In this document: positions 20,747 through 29,739 of the stretch, piece after piece
How the letters are laid out: the number at the start of each line of letters is the position of its first letter
Numbering within the stretch: position 1 is the first letter of the stretch
Origin: a virus
DNA: 64,000 nucleotides
Direction: 5' to 3' (one strand)
IMG/VR virus record: IMGVR_UViG_3300027747_004308
Coordinates: 5,127-69,126 of that record
Made by a program: the position numbers and the translations under genes
Notes under the pieces: model-generated
Database searches by the model: none
Seen by the model: only the letters and a program-made list of their open reading frames with translations
Told to the model about the DNA's origin: nothing

Positions 20747-20946
20747 TTATCTTAAGCAAAGATAAATTTTCAATTAGACTCACACATCCAAAGCTTTTAT
20801 TACACCGTAAAAGTGACTTTGGTGATATTGAATGTGGACCATATTTAACTGATACTGAAACAGGCATCTACTATAGTCGTTATGATTATGGACATGCATT
20901 TAAGCTACAGTTTTTAGGCTTTGGAATTGATATTTGGTGGCTTTAA
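20743..20946 (+). CDS. hypothetical protein
   Basis: ATGA overlap with previous gene. Confidence 0.6.
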   Translation: MIILSKDKFSIRLTHPKLLLHRKSDFGDIECGPYLTDTETGIYYSRYDYGHAFKLQFLGFGIDIWWL

Positions 20947-21161
20947 ACAGGCACGACCATTGTATACGGTGAAATAGTATAACCTTGAGGAATAGCAGAC
21001 CATACATCTTTATCATTAATCTTAAGTTTACGTTCACCGCCAATTACAGCAGAACAATCTGTATTACGAATTAATCTAAGATTCTTATATGAATTATTCA
21101 ATCCAGGAATAACAAATCGTTGACCATAGTTTAACCAACCAAGAGGTATTTCTTTTTCCAT
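20943..21161 (-). CDS. hypothetical protein
   Basis: ORF filling gap, convergent. Confidence 0.6.
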   Translation of the reverse strand: MEKEIPLGWLNYGQRFVIPGLNNSYKNLRLIRNTDCSAVIGGERKLKINDKDVWSAIPQGYTISPYTMVVPV

Positions 21162-21237
21162 TCCACCAGTATATATGTTTAGAAATATAAAACAAGCTTT
21201 TTCTTGACCTTATTTCAATAACATATATAATACTAAT

Positions 21238-21555
21238 ATGGAATTACTAGAAATAGCAAAAGAGCTTGAAAAGCAAGCTGCTATAAATGGGGCAGATATT
21301 TTTGTCGATGTACAAACTGCTAAGTTTTGTTTCTTTCCGGTTATATCTGATTCCGGTGTTGTCGGAGCTGTAGGTAAGTATATTAATAAAGGTAAACCGT
21401 CTATCGGGTACTTTATATTAAATGAACGTATAGTTAAATATGCACTTGATGAGGGTTTTGATGTTGATTCTATATTTGATAGTTTTAAGAAAAACCTCTT
21501 CAAAGAGACGAGTAAAGATGAGTTTTTTACTATAATGACAAAAAAGAAAGATTGA
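21238..21555 (+). CDS. hypothetical protein
   Basis: ORF after TTGACC..TATAAT promoter. Confidence 0.75.
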   Translation: MELLEIAKELEKQAAINGADIFVDVQTAKFCFFPVISDSGVVGAVGKYINKGKPSIGYFILNERIVKYALDEGFDVDSIFDSFKKNLFKETSKDEFFTIMTKKKD

Positions 21556-21585
21556 TTTTAATAATTTTTAATTCATAATAGTGTT

Positions 21586-21786
21586 ATGAGTAAATTATCG
21601 CCCTCCAAGATTCAAAAACTTATTGCAAAAGGTAGAGTTGTTCCCGTTCTTGGACGTAATGAAAAAGGCGAAAATGTTCTTTATGGATACCGTAGAAAGA
21701 ACAATAGAAGTACTAAAAGCCATGAGCAATATATGTTTGTTGAGCCAGTGGTTCTTGATAAACAAGTTGAAAACGTAAAGATATAA
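21586..21786 (+). CDS. hypothetical basic protein
   Basis: ORF after TTGATT..CATAAT promoter. Confidence 0.7.
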   Translation: MSKLSPSKIQKLIAKGRVVPVLGRNEKGENVLYGYRRKNNRSTKSHEQYMFVEPVVLDKQVENVKI

Positions 21787-21822
21787 TTTATTATTTAATA
21801 AATGAGAGGAGGTAATTTACAA

Positions 21823-22020
21823 ATGATCGACTATAATAGCCGTGATCTCAAGCCGAAGACTTTCTTCGTCAAGATCGAGCGTAATCGTAGCGGTAACTTC
21901 ACAGTTAAGCGCGCCAAGGTTCTCGAACAGAAGAACCAGTTTGCTCGTTCTATCCGTCGTGTTGATGCTCGTGATCTTACTCGCGCCATCAATCGTACCG
22001 GTGGTCTTAACGTTGCCTAA
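21823..22020 (+). CDS. small very basic protein, probably highly expressed
   Basis: AGGAGG SD at 21807-21812; strong AAG/ATC/TTC/CGT codon bias; terminator follows. Confidence 0.8.
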   Translation: MIDYNSRDLKPKTFFVKIERNRSGNFTVKRAKVLEQKNQFARSIRRVDARDLTRAINRTGGLNVA

Positions 22021-22034
22021 TTAACGTTTAAATT

Positions 22035-22074
22035 GAGCGCCGCCTTTTTATCGAGGGCGGCGCTCTTTTTTTTT
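22035..22074 (+). terminator. intrinsic terminator
   Basis: GAGCGCCGCC...GGCGGCGCTC stem plus T9. Confidence 0.9.
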
Positions 22075-22152
22075 CTATAATAGCCTTAACAATTTATAAA
22101 CTATTTTAAAAAATCTACTTGTGGATAATAGAAGTTCAAATATAATAGAGGT

Positions 22153-22458
22153 ATGAGTTTATTGAACAGAGAAGATATCAATGCTCGGTTAAAGAAGAGC
22201 CTTCAAGGCACTACACCTAAGCTCAAATGCTTAATTACCGGCATTGAACGAATTACAAATATGGACTACCTTAAGACTAAGGAAAAGAAGTTTGGTACCG
22301 TTGATAACTATCTTAATAACTATATTAGTAGTGATGCGGTGAGATTGCTTAAACAAAAAATGCCTATTATAGACATTAAGAATACTTTAAATCCTAATAG
22401 CCCATATATACCTAATGATGTAATTGTTGCAGAAGCATGCAAATACTATAATGTATAA
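22153..22458 (+). CDS. hypothetical (paralog of 33669-33995)
   Basis: TPxLxCxITG..R.TN..YL...NYI...A..LL shared. Confidence 0.8.
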   Translation: MSLLNREDINARLKKSLQGTTPKLKCLITGIERITNMDYLKTKEKKFGTVDNYLNNYISSDAVRLLKQKMPIIDIKNTLNPNSPYIPNDVIVAEACKYYNV

Positions 22459-22662
22459 CGAACCTCCTTTTCCTATTGGGCTTAAAAAGCCTGCACTTAA
22501 TCTACCTCCAGAAAAATTGCGTAACCGATATGGTAGAATGGTTTATGGTCATAAGACTGCTGGGGCTATTGAAGTAATGACTAAAGAATGCTGGGATAAT
22601 AATAAGAAATATTTCGTACCGAATGGTGCGCGTAGTTGCGTTAAAAATTTCTCAAAAACTAC

Positions 22663-22690
22663 TTGACGTAACCTCTTCTTCCTTTATACT
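22663..22690 (+). promoter_or_regulatory. sigma70-type early promoter
   Basis: TTGACG-N16-TATACT, ATG 6 nt downstream. Confidence 0.8.
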
Positions 22691-22696
22691 ATAGGT

Positions 22697-23011
22697 ATGA
22701 TGAAAGATAAACCAACGTGGTTCTATACAAATGCTCCCACGCTCAAAGCAGCATTGAAATTAATGAAATCAAGACATAAAGTTAAACTCGCCCTTCGACT
22801 TAGTGATATTGAAGAGTTTATTAATCGAATGAAAGGGTCCCATGGTACTTGGCACCATCCTAAACTAGATAAACAAAATTTAAATCTTCTTGTGAGAGAA
22901 TTTTTAACACAAGAACCAGATGAATATTGGAATCAATATGCCAGGGTGGATATAGAAAAACTTAACTTCAATGTAGTTAAAGCTACAAAAAAGAACTTGA
23001 GTAATATTTAA
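22697..23011 (+). CDS. hypothetical early protein
   Basis: Directly after promoter. Confidence 0.75.
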   Translation: MMKDKPTWFYTNAPTLKAALKLMKSRHKVKLALRLSDIEEFINRMKGSHGTWHHPKLDKQNLNLLVREFLTQEPDEYWNQYARVDIEKLNFNVVKATKKNLSNI

Positions 23012-23030
23012 TTTCCGTTATATTATAAAT

Positions 23031-23291
23031 ATGGAAAAAATATATTACTGTTCCGTATCGGGTGAACCTCTTGCAGGTTCGCGTGTCGAGGCTCTTAAGA
23101 TGCTTGGTATTCCAGAAAATCTCTGGACTAGTATTGAGCATAGTAAGGTGAAGCGTAACAAAGGAATTTATTTTGGTTCCCAGGGATCCGGCAAGCTTAT
23201 TATTGCAAGTAAAGTATATAATGAAAGCGATACTAATCTGGATGAGGCGTTGAACGAACAAGAGAAACACTCCGAAAAGCTTTATACATAA
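23031..23291 (+). CDS. hypothetical (DksA/TraR-finger-like remnant)
   Basis: CSVSGEPL..SRVEAL resembles a degenerate C4 finger. Confidence 0.5.
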   Translation: MEKIYYCSVSGEPLAGSRVEALKMLGIPENLWTSIEHSKVKRNKGIYFGSQGSGKLIIASKVYNESDTNLDEALNEQEKHSEKLYT

Positions 23292-23563
23292 TGAAACGTA
23301 AAGATTATTGTGAGGTAACTAATAAAATTGTTAGTACTGAACAAGTACTAGCACGCGGTCAACGTGCTCCAGCAATTGAATTAACCTTTAAAGTATCTGG
23401 TCATAATAGAACAGGTGGGCATCGCGTATATATTGATTATAGGTGTGCCCAGGAACTAATTACTAAACTACAAAAGGAAATAGATAGTATTGAATCTAAA
23501 TACTTTGTAAATGAGTACTACAACCGACTACACAGACCCCTCGAAACGTTGCCTAGCTACTGA
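23291..23563 (+). CDS. hypothetical protein
   Basis: TAATG overlap. Confidence 0.65.
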   Translation: MKRKDYCEVTNKIVSTEQVLARGQRAPAIELTFKVSGHNRTGGHRVYIDYRCAQELITKLQKEIDSIESKYFVNEYYNRLHRPLETLPSY

Positions 23564-23795
23564 AGTAAAAGAGCTTGATACACAAACTCTCCTAACACGC
23601 AAAGAAGAAATAGGCGTGTATATGAAGACTGGAGTAGTAGCTAAATGGATGATTATAAAAAATGAAAGCACTGCCCTTGGTATAGAATTTTGGGGCTCAT
23701 ATGACTTTGCAAGGTACTTGTTGTTAATCAACATGGAACTCTTTGATAGATGTAACTCGTTCGAGCTACTACCTAAATTAAAGTTTAACTTTTAA
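23511..23795 (+). CDS. hypothetical protein
   Basis: ORF ending just before next promoter. Confidence 0.55.
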   Translation: MSTTTDYTDPSKRCLATEVKELDTQTLLTRKEEIGVYMKTGVVAKWMIIKNESTALGIEFWGSYDFARYLLLINMELFDRCNSFELLPKLKFNF

Positions 23796-23796
23796 C

Positions 23797-23824
23797 TTGA
23801 CGAACTGTCCAATTCCTTTATACT
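23797..23824 (+). promoter_or_regulatory. sigma70-type early promoter
   Basis: TTGACG-N16-TATACT, ATG 7 nt downstream. Confidence 0.8.
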
Positions 23825-23831
23825 ATAACGT

Positions 23832-24755
23832 ATGAACATTAAGATGACCTCAACGAAGTTCACTCCGATCAACGAAGTGACAATTCCCGATGTGTATTAC
23901 CGCCGCATGAAATGCGGTATCGAAAAGCTCGATGCTCTTTTCGGTGAAGGTATTTTACCTGGTAGCTCGATTACTTTGACTGCTCGTGCAGGCTTGGGAA
24001 AGACCACGCTTGTACTGCAGATGCTGGAAAGCCTGCATAAGAATGGCTATAAGGTAGGCTACTGTAGCTCTGAGGAGTCTGTTGCCCAGCTTGCTATGAC
24101 CTGTAAACGTTTAAACGTTCAGAATATTAGCGTTTGTAACGAAGCTAATGTAGATAAGATCTCTAGTTATATGGAAGAACATGACGTTATTGTTATCGAT
24201 TCATTCCAAGGTCTTGTTAAAGGTAATCTCCGAGGACGTGAACTGGAGAAGTATTGTATTGAGAAGCTTGTCGTACGCGCTAAAGAGACGGAGTGTGCGG
24301 TAATTCTAATCTGTCATAATACTAAAGCTGGCGGTATTAAGGGATCTTCTCTTATTATTCACGCTGTAGATGTGAATATGAGTATTAATCCTATCAAAGA
24401 AGCTGAAGCCAATGCTCGCTGCATTACCTTTGATAAGAATCGTTTTGGTCCTGCTACCGATATTGAATGCTATATTGAGTATAGTGGGTATGATTTTCAA
24501 ACCGAGGTAGAAGTAGATGAACAGGCCACCCCTAGTTCAAAGTCTAAGAAGAAGCAAGATCAAAAAGAATCTATTCTTAAGCTAAAAGATATTACTCTTC
24601 CTATCGTTTGTAAGGTGCTTAGTATCGACTCAACGCGTGCGGGGTTCTTGCTCCGTGAGCTTCAGAACGAAGGTAAGCTTATTAAGGATGGTCGAGGTGC
24701 CGATGCGACGTGGGTTAAGTCAGAGCTGAATGTGACGGTAGTAGATAAGTCGTAA
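23832..24755 (+). CDS. RadA/Sms-like RecA-family ATPase (no Zn finger or Lon domain; C-terminal wHTH-like)
   Basis: GIEKLD.LFG.G, ARAGLGKTT, SSEES, VIDSFQ, H.TK.G, KNRFG. Confidence 0.85.
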   Translation: MNIKMTSTKFTPINEVTIPDVYYRRMKCGIEKLDALFGEGILPGSSITLTARAGLGKTTLVLQMLESLHKNGYKVGYCSSEESVAQLAMTCKRLNVQNISVCNEANVDKISSYMEEHDVIVIDSFQGLVKGNLRGRELEKYCIEKLVVRAKETECAVILICHNTKAGGIKGSSLIIHAVDVNMSINPIKEAEANARCITFDKNRFGPATDIECYIEYSGYDFQTEVEVDEQATPSSKSKKKQDQKESILKLKDITLPIVCKVLSIDSTRAGFLLRELQNEGKLIKDGRGADATWVKSELNVTVVDKS

Positions 24756-26039
24756 TTATATCTTTCCAAAACTCCAGTACGTTTTACCGTCTATTACTGC
24801 TGATACCTCGTTACTATAGGTAGAGTATGGTAATATAATTGAACTACTAAGAGGTGGATTAGCACTTCTTACATCACCCCTATAAGCAGATACACTTATC
24901 ATATTAGCCACATTATCAATCCGAATTCCCAGACCATAATTGGAAGTAGCATTACCTGCATGCAGCAGGCCTATTATTTTCCATGCACTCGTAGCAGGGT
25001 TTGTTGAGTTGATGCATCCATACAACAATGATCCGGAGTCTCCTCCAGAAGTGACATATACATTAGAAGTGGGGCTATAAAATTTTAACATATCTACAAA
25101 AGCTATAGTAGCGTATGTGTAATTAATATTACCACTAGTAGAGTTAGACTGTATTCTTATATCGCATGAACCGTTACCGATAGGTCCCAGCGTTCTGCCT
25201 GAACGAAAGATTGGATCATTTATGCCGAGATTGTTAATTTCCGATGTAGTAGCGAAATCCGGAGCGGTATTGAATGGAGCTGATAAAGGAAGCCAACTGC
25301 TAGTATCAACTAGCGAATTAGAGAGGTTTATTAAAGCTACATCTAATATATTATTACCGGTGGTTTTAAATGGCATAGCTCTCTTTAACGTTCCTAATCT
25401 ATCTGGAGCATAATCAGTTATACCTCTATCCCAGGAACTGGGTGAATATGTAGCCGCATTTCTGTAAGCGCTTGCTGTAGCTCCATATGTCGCGTTGCTT
25501 GTTATAGTCATTGGTATACCGGCTAAGGGATCTGTACCCCCTGCTACCCCTCCTACATGATTATTAGTTATACCCACAATAGTTCCATCTAACGTATCAA
25601 CAACTACACCCCCTAAAGTACCTGCATAGACATATCCAGATTTAGGAGATGCATGAGCAGATACACCCCCTCTTAACGGTCTTGTATAAGCTCTATTAGC
25701 GCTAACAGGAGCAGGAGCAGGAGCCATAGGCACTTGATTGTTTATACCAGAATCATTACAGTAAATAGGCATAGCTTCATTGATACCTTTTATTTCATAT
25801 ACATCTGTTAATATCTGTTCACCATTAATATCAAAAAATTTAGGAATTATTTTTTGTGGATCTATTTCATTTAAAGATTTTTTTGAAACTACACCAAATC
25901 TTAAACATTTTTGAGGCGTTACGACACCGCTTGTTTCTTTAAATCCTAGCTCTGTCTCTACTGCATCATAGTTATTTTCATTAAAAAGCTCTAATGCTTT
26001 TTGTCTTATTTTTTCTAGGGTTTCAGGTGAATGATTCAT
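24756..26039 (-). CDS. trypsin-like serine protease
   Basis: GTLG, TNNHV (His), DVAL (Asp), GRT.G, GGDSGS (Ser), GLLHAG. Confidence 0.85.
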   Translation of the reverse strand: MNHSPETLEKIRQKALELFNENNYDAVETELGFKETSGVVTPQKCLRFGVVSKKSLNEIDPQKIIPKFFDINGEQILTDVYEIKGINEAMPIYCNDSGINNQVPMAPAPAPVSANRAYTRPLRGGVSAHASPKSGYVYAGTLGGVVVDTLDGTIVGITNNHVGGVAGGTDPLAGIPMTITSNATYGATASAYRNAATYSPSSWDRGITDYAPDRLGTLKRAMPFKTTGNNILDVALINLSNSLVDTSSWLPLSAPFNTAPDFATTSEINNLGINDPIFRSGRTLGPIGNGSCDIRIQSNSTSGNINYTYATIAFVDMLKFYSPTSNVYVTSGGDSGSLLYGCINSTNPATSAWKIIGLLHAGNATSNYGLGIRIDNVANMISVSAYRGDVRSANPPLSSSIILPYSTYSNEVSAVIDGKTYWSFGKI

Positions 26040-26046
26040 ATAGTAT

Positions 26047-28506
26047 TTATTGATAAGTTATAAAAAGTATTCCTTGCCCAGGTTGATTACCGGATTGTGT
26101 CACCGTAGGAGTAGTTGTTGGTGTAGAAGTAGGTGTAGGTGTTAAAGTTGGAGAAGCCGATATTGTCGGTGTTGGTGACTTTGTTGGTGTTATTGTTTGC
26201 GTAATAGATGGCGTTGTTGTAGGTGTAATAGATGGCGTTATTGTAGGTGTAATAGATGGCGTTGGTGTAGAAGTAGGTGTAGGTGTTAAAGTTGGAGAAG
26301 CCGATATTGTCGGTGTTGGTGACTTTGTTGGTGTTATTGTTTGCGTAATAGATGGCGTTGTTGTAGGTGTAATAGATGGCGTTATTGTAGGTGTAATAGA
26401 TGGCGTTGGTGTAGAAGTAGGTGTAGGTGTTAAAGTTGGAGAAGCCGATATTGTCGGTGTTGGTGACTTTGTTGGTGTTATTGTTTGCGTAATAGATGGC
26501 GTTGTTGTAGGTGTAATAGATGGCGTTATTGTAGGTGTAATAGATGGCGTTGGTGTAGATGTTACTGCTATAGCCGATAGTGTTGGTGTTTGTGTTATTG
26601 TTTGCGTAATAGATGGCGTTGTTGTAGGTGTAATAGATGGCGTCGGTGTTGATGTCTGTAAAGGTGTATTAGGTGGAGTACGTGTTGGTGTAGATGTTAC
26701 TGCTATAGCCGATAGTGTTGGGGTTGGGGTTGATGTCTGTAAAGGTGTATTAGGTGGAGTACGTGTTGGTGTAGATGTTACTGCTATAGCCGATAGTGTT
26801 GGGGTCGGTGTTGATGTCTGTAAAGGTGTATTAGGTGGAGTACGTGTAGGTGTTGGTGTTGATGTTTGGGTTACTGTAGGTGTTAGTGTTATTGTCGGAG
26901 TAGGAGTAGGTGTATTAGTTAAGGTAAGCGTCGGTGTTTGGGTTACTGTAGGTGTTGGTGTATTCGAGGGCGGAGGGTAACTTGTGATAGGAGGTACATA
27001 TACACCACTTGCAGCAATTCCTAATATGAGAGAACCTGTATTTGTATAATAAATTGTATACAAGTTACCTAAATTGCTAGAAATAGTAGCGTTCTCAGTT
27101 ACAAAAATTTCTTGTTTATTAGCTGATAGTCCGCTTCCGTAATTAAAAGCTAGACTACAGTTAGAAAAATTACCGATATCAAAATAATTAGTAAAGCCTA
27201 GCACCTGTAAGTCGAGAGAGGCACTAAATGTCTCAACAGTTGTCGTTACAATAATAAAATTTGCAATTTCAGGATTTGAAATAGTTATAACTTCATTATT
27301 ATCAGTAATATAATTATATACATATGGTGTTGTAGGTGTTATGGTAACGGTTGGAGTGGGTGTTACAGTATGTGTCATTGTAGGTGTAGGAATTGGTATT
27401 TCACCTTGTTTTAACCGTACAGAATAACCAACTGTTGTACTATCACCACCAATGTAAATATATGAGGCACCATTATTAAAATTAATACAGGTATCACTAT
27501 CATTAACCCAGAAGCTGCCTCTTGAATGTAAATTTATAAATCCTCCAGTTCTGCAACCAGCTGGTACTACTGAAAATCCACTTTCATTTGTAGCTACATT
27601 AGGCGAATTCCATAATCCGTCATTATCTTGAATTGTGCCAGTGGTCTTCATCTTGGCACCTGCAACAGGCCATATACCGCCCCCTGCATCTGAGCCTCCT
27701 AAGCATATAATTAAATCTTCCCATTCTGCTAGAGATGGCACATGGTAGCCTTCTGGAGCCAATCCTCTCACATCAGTCACAGCATACCTATTGTATAGTT
27801 TGCCATAAATAGCACCATTTGTAGGGTCATTATCATAATAACACCAACCTGGACCTGTAGCAGTATTCCATTCTTCCTGATCTGTAATCTGAGGAATTGC
27901 ATCACCATTCCTAAATGTAGTTCCACTAAAGTTTACAAGTGACCAGTTGTTAAGACATGCAGATGGCGTTGTTGAGGTTGGAGTAGGTGTTGGTGTATTC
28001 GTTTTTGTTAAAGAAGGTGTTGGCGTGTTGGTAGGTGTCTGTGTATTAGTTGGCGTCTGTGATGGTGTATTAGAAGGCGTAGGGGTGAAAGTTGGCGTTA
28101 CAGAAGGTGTAACTGTTTGTGTAGGCGTATTCGTTGGTGTATATGTAGGTGTAGGGGTATGGGTAACCTGAGAAATAGAATTAACAAGATACCCTTTATC
28201 AGATAACTTAACATACCCCGCACCATTCAACGTAATGATATCGTACTTACCTGCTCCAGAAATACTGGCTAAATTAACTTTGAGCTGATTATCATCAACA
28301 ACTTCATAGTTGGTGTAAACAAAACCGTTAAACTCCGGAAATATAGCAGAAAGCCTTGGATATGAAGAGAAAGGATTAAAAGCAGAAGCTGTATAGAAAG
28401 TATTATCGCTTGTAGTACTTAAAAGAACGTATTGTGTCCATTTAAAATTATAACCTTTAACATATACAAATGTTGTCAGATTGTCTGTATAAGTGATATA
28501 ATTCAT
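26047..28506 (-). CDS. Thr/Pro-repeat virion protein with Fibrobacter succinogenes major paralogous (FISUMP) domain
   Basis: FRNGD.IP...WCYY.ND....YGKLYN..A...RGLAPEG.HVPS..EW...GYSVR flanked by PT repeats. Confidence 0.88.
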   Translation of the reverse strand: MNYITYTDNLTTFVYVKGYNFKWTQYVLLSTTSDNTFYTASAFNPFSSYPRLSAIFPEFNGFVYTNYEVVDDNQLKVNLASISGAGKYDIITLNGAGYVKLSDKGYLVNSISQVTHTPTPTYTPTNTPTQTVTPSVTPTFTPTPSNTPSQTPTNTQTPTNTPTPSLTKTNTPTPTPTSTTPSACLNNWSLVNFSGTTFRNGDAIPQITDQEEWNTATGPGWCYYDNDPTNGAIYGKLYNRYAVTDVRGLAPEGYHVPSLAEWEDLIICLGGSDAGGGIWPVAGAKMKTTGTIQDNDGLWNSPNVATNESGFSVVPAGCRTGGFINLHSRGSFWVNDSDTCINFNNGASYIYIGGDSTTVGYSVRLKQGEIPIPTPTMTHTVTPTPTVTITPTTPYVYNYITDNNEVITISNPEIANFIIVTTTVETFSASLDLQVLGFTNYFDIGNFSNCSLAFNYGSGLSANKQEIFVTENATISSNLGNLYTIYYTNTGSLILGIAASGVYVPPITSYPPPSNTPTPTVTQTPTLTLTNTPTPTPTITLTPTVTQTSTPTPTRTPPNTPLQTSTPTPTLSAIAVTSTPTRTPPNTPLQTSTPTPTLSAIAVTSTPTRTPPNTPLQTSTPTPSITPTTTPSITQTITQTPTLSAIAVTSTPTPSITPTITPSITPTTTPSITQTITPTKSPTPTISASPTLTPTPTSTPTPSITPTITPSITPTTTPSITQTITPTKSPTPTISASPTLTPTPTSTPTPSITPTITPSITPTTTPSITQTITPTKSPTPTISASPTLTPTPTSTPTTTPTVTQSGNQPGQGILFITYQ
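26117..26559. repeat. three exact 144-bp tandem repeats (48 aa unit)
   Basis: Unit starts at 26117, 26261, 26405 (partial at 26549). Confidence 0.9.
26648..26847. repeat. 81-bp tandem repeats (27 aa unit, about 2.5 copies)
   Basis: gttgatgtctgtaaaggtgtattagg at 26648, 26729, 26810. Confidence 0.88.
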
Positions 28507-28554
28507 CTCTTAATATTTATTGATTTTCTTTACGATATAGTCTATTCTATATGT

Positions 28555-28707
28555 ATGAGCGCTGGAAAAGGTGATAAGCCAAGAAATTGTTTTAGTAAGA
28601 AGTTTAAAGATAACTATGATGAAGTAGTCAATTGGGCTACTAAAGAAGGCAAAGAGATTCGGAACTACATTATCAAAAAAGGTAAGAAGATCTATCGATA
28701 TCCTTGA
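28555..28707 (+). CDS. small phage protein (MSAGKGDKPR type)
   Basis: Recognisable N-terminal motif. Confidence 0.65.
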   Translation: MSAGKGDKPRNCFSKKFKDNYDEVVNWATKEGKEIRNYIIKKGKKIYRYP

Positions 28708-28715
28708 TATGTATT

Positions 28716-28788
28716 CGCCTAGTATTCCAATGGCAGAGAAAAACGACTTAAAATCGTTCAAGTGTCAGTTCGAGTCTGACCTAGGCGA
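28716..28788 (+). tRNA. tRNA-Leu(TAA), short variable loop
   Basis: Acceptor cgcctag/ctaggcg; anticodon arm aacga-ctTAAaa-tcgtt; T arm gtcag-ttcgagt-ctgac. Confidence 0.85.
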
Positions 28789-28827
28789 AGTGCTTGCACT
28801 AATTTAAAATACCTTTATACTAACAAT

Positions 28828-29118
28828 ATGGAAGTTGATTATCTTTTAGAACAGATTGAGTTTCATAATTCTAGCTATGAATGGATTGTTAGAGAATCAG
28901 AGAAAATAGCTAGAGAGATCAAGACTTTAAATCAAAAAGAATTCGATGCTGATGCTTATGATAAAGTTACCAAGCGCTTTCTTGAGCTTGATATGCGTTA
29001 CAAGAGGAATAAGAAGGACTATGATGCTGTAGTAAAGCAGGTTCGCACTTACTTCGATGATAAACATGGCATTGATATCATGGGGTTATTAGATGATGAT
29101 ATTAACGAGGTAAAATAA
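28828..29118 (+). CDS. hypothetical coiled-coil protein
   Basis: ORF after TTGCAC..TATACT promoter. Confidence 0.75.
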   Translation: MEVDYLLEQIEFHNSSYEWIVRESEKIAREIKTLNQKEFDADAYDKVTKRFLELDMRYKRNKKDYDAVVKQVRTYFDDKHGIDIMGLLDDDINEVK

Positions 29119-29276
29119 ATGAGACCTACTATTATTATTTGGACAATTGCAATTTTAATCTTTATAGTTATTAGTAGGGTTTGTGGCTCAAAAGCTGATG
29201 ATTATAATAACCATAACCGCCCCTATGTGGCAGGATGTCCGTGAATTGGGTTATTCGAATACGATAGGAGGTTTAT

Positions 29277-29370
29277 GCCTCCGTCGTCTAACTGGTTAAG
29301 ACCCACGATTTATACTCGTGAAGCTCTAGATGTGAGCGCAATATAGGTTCAAATCCTATCGGAGGTACCA
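29277..29370 (+). tRNA. tRNA with TAT anticodon (nominal Ile) and long variable arm, CCA encoded
   Basis: Acceptor gcctccg/cggaggt-a-cca; cacga-ttTATac-tcgtg; 22-nt variable arm; atagg-ttcaaat-cctat. Confidence 0.85.
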
Positions 29371-29378
29371 ATCTTACT

Positions 29379-29452
29379 GCACCTGTAGCTTAGTTGAATA
29401 AAGCAATTGATTTCTAATCAATAGAGCGTTGGTTTGAATCCAACCAGGTGCA
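29379..29452 (+). tRNA. tRNA-Arg(TCT)
   Basis: gcacctg/caggtgc; attga-ttTCTaa-tcaat; T-loop TTTGAAT (deviant). Confidence 0.85.
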
Positions 29453-29468
29453 GGATATATAATATGTT

Positions 29469-29556
29469 GGACAGATGGCAGAGTTGGTCTATTGCATCTG
29501 ACTTGAAATCAGAAGTGCCTTAAACGGTACCGTGGGTTCGAATCCTACTCTGTCCG
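29469..29556 (+). tRNA. tRNA-Ser(TGA)
   Basis: ggacaga/tctgtcc-g; tctga-ctTGAaa-tcaga; long variable arm. Confidence 0.93.
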
Positions 29557-29561
29557 AGTTT

Positions 29562-29633
29562 TGTTCGGTAGCTCAGCGGTAGAGCGGTGCACTGTTAATG
29601 CATTGGTCGTAGGTTCGATCCCTACCCGAACAG
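29562..29633 (+). tRNA. tRNA-Asn(GTT)
   Basis: tgttcgg/ccgaaca-g; gtgca-ctGTTaa-tgcat. Confidence 0.93.
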
Positions 29634-29635
29634 AT

Positions 29636-29718
29636 GGGCAGATACCGAAGTGGCCAAACGGGGAAGACTGTAAATCTTCTGGCTTACGCCTTCAGTGGTT
29701 CGAATCCACTTCTGCCCA
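29636..29718 (+). tRNA. tRNA-Tyr(GTA)
   Basis: gggcaga/tctgccc-a; gaaga-ctGTAaa-tcttc. Confidence 0.93.
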
Positions 29719-29739
29719 AATATTTTAATAAATATATGT

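Noticed and set aside
26117-26847. Possible CRISPR array
   Set aside because: Contiguous in-frame coding repeats without unique spacers; the Cas4-like nucleases are ordinary phage exonucleases and no cas operon is present
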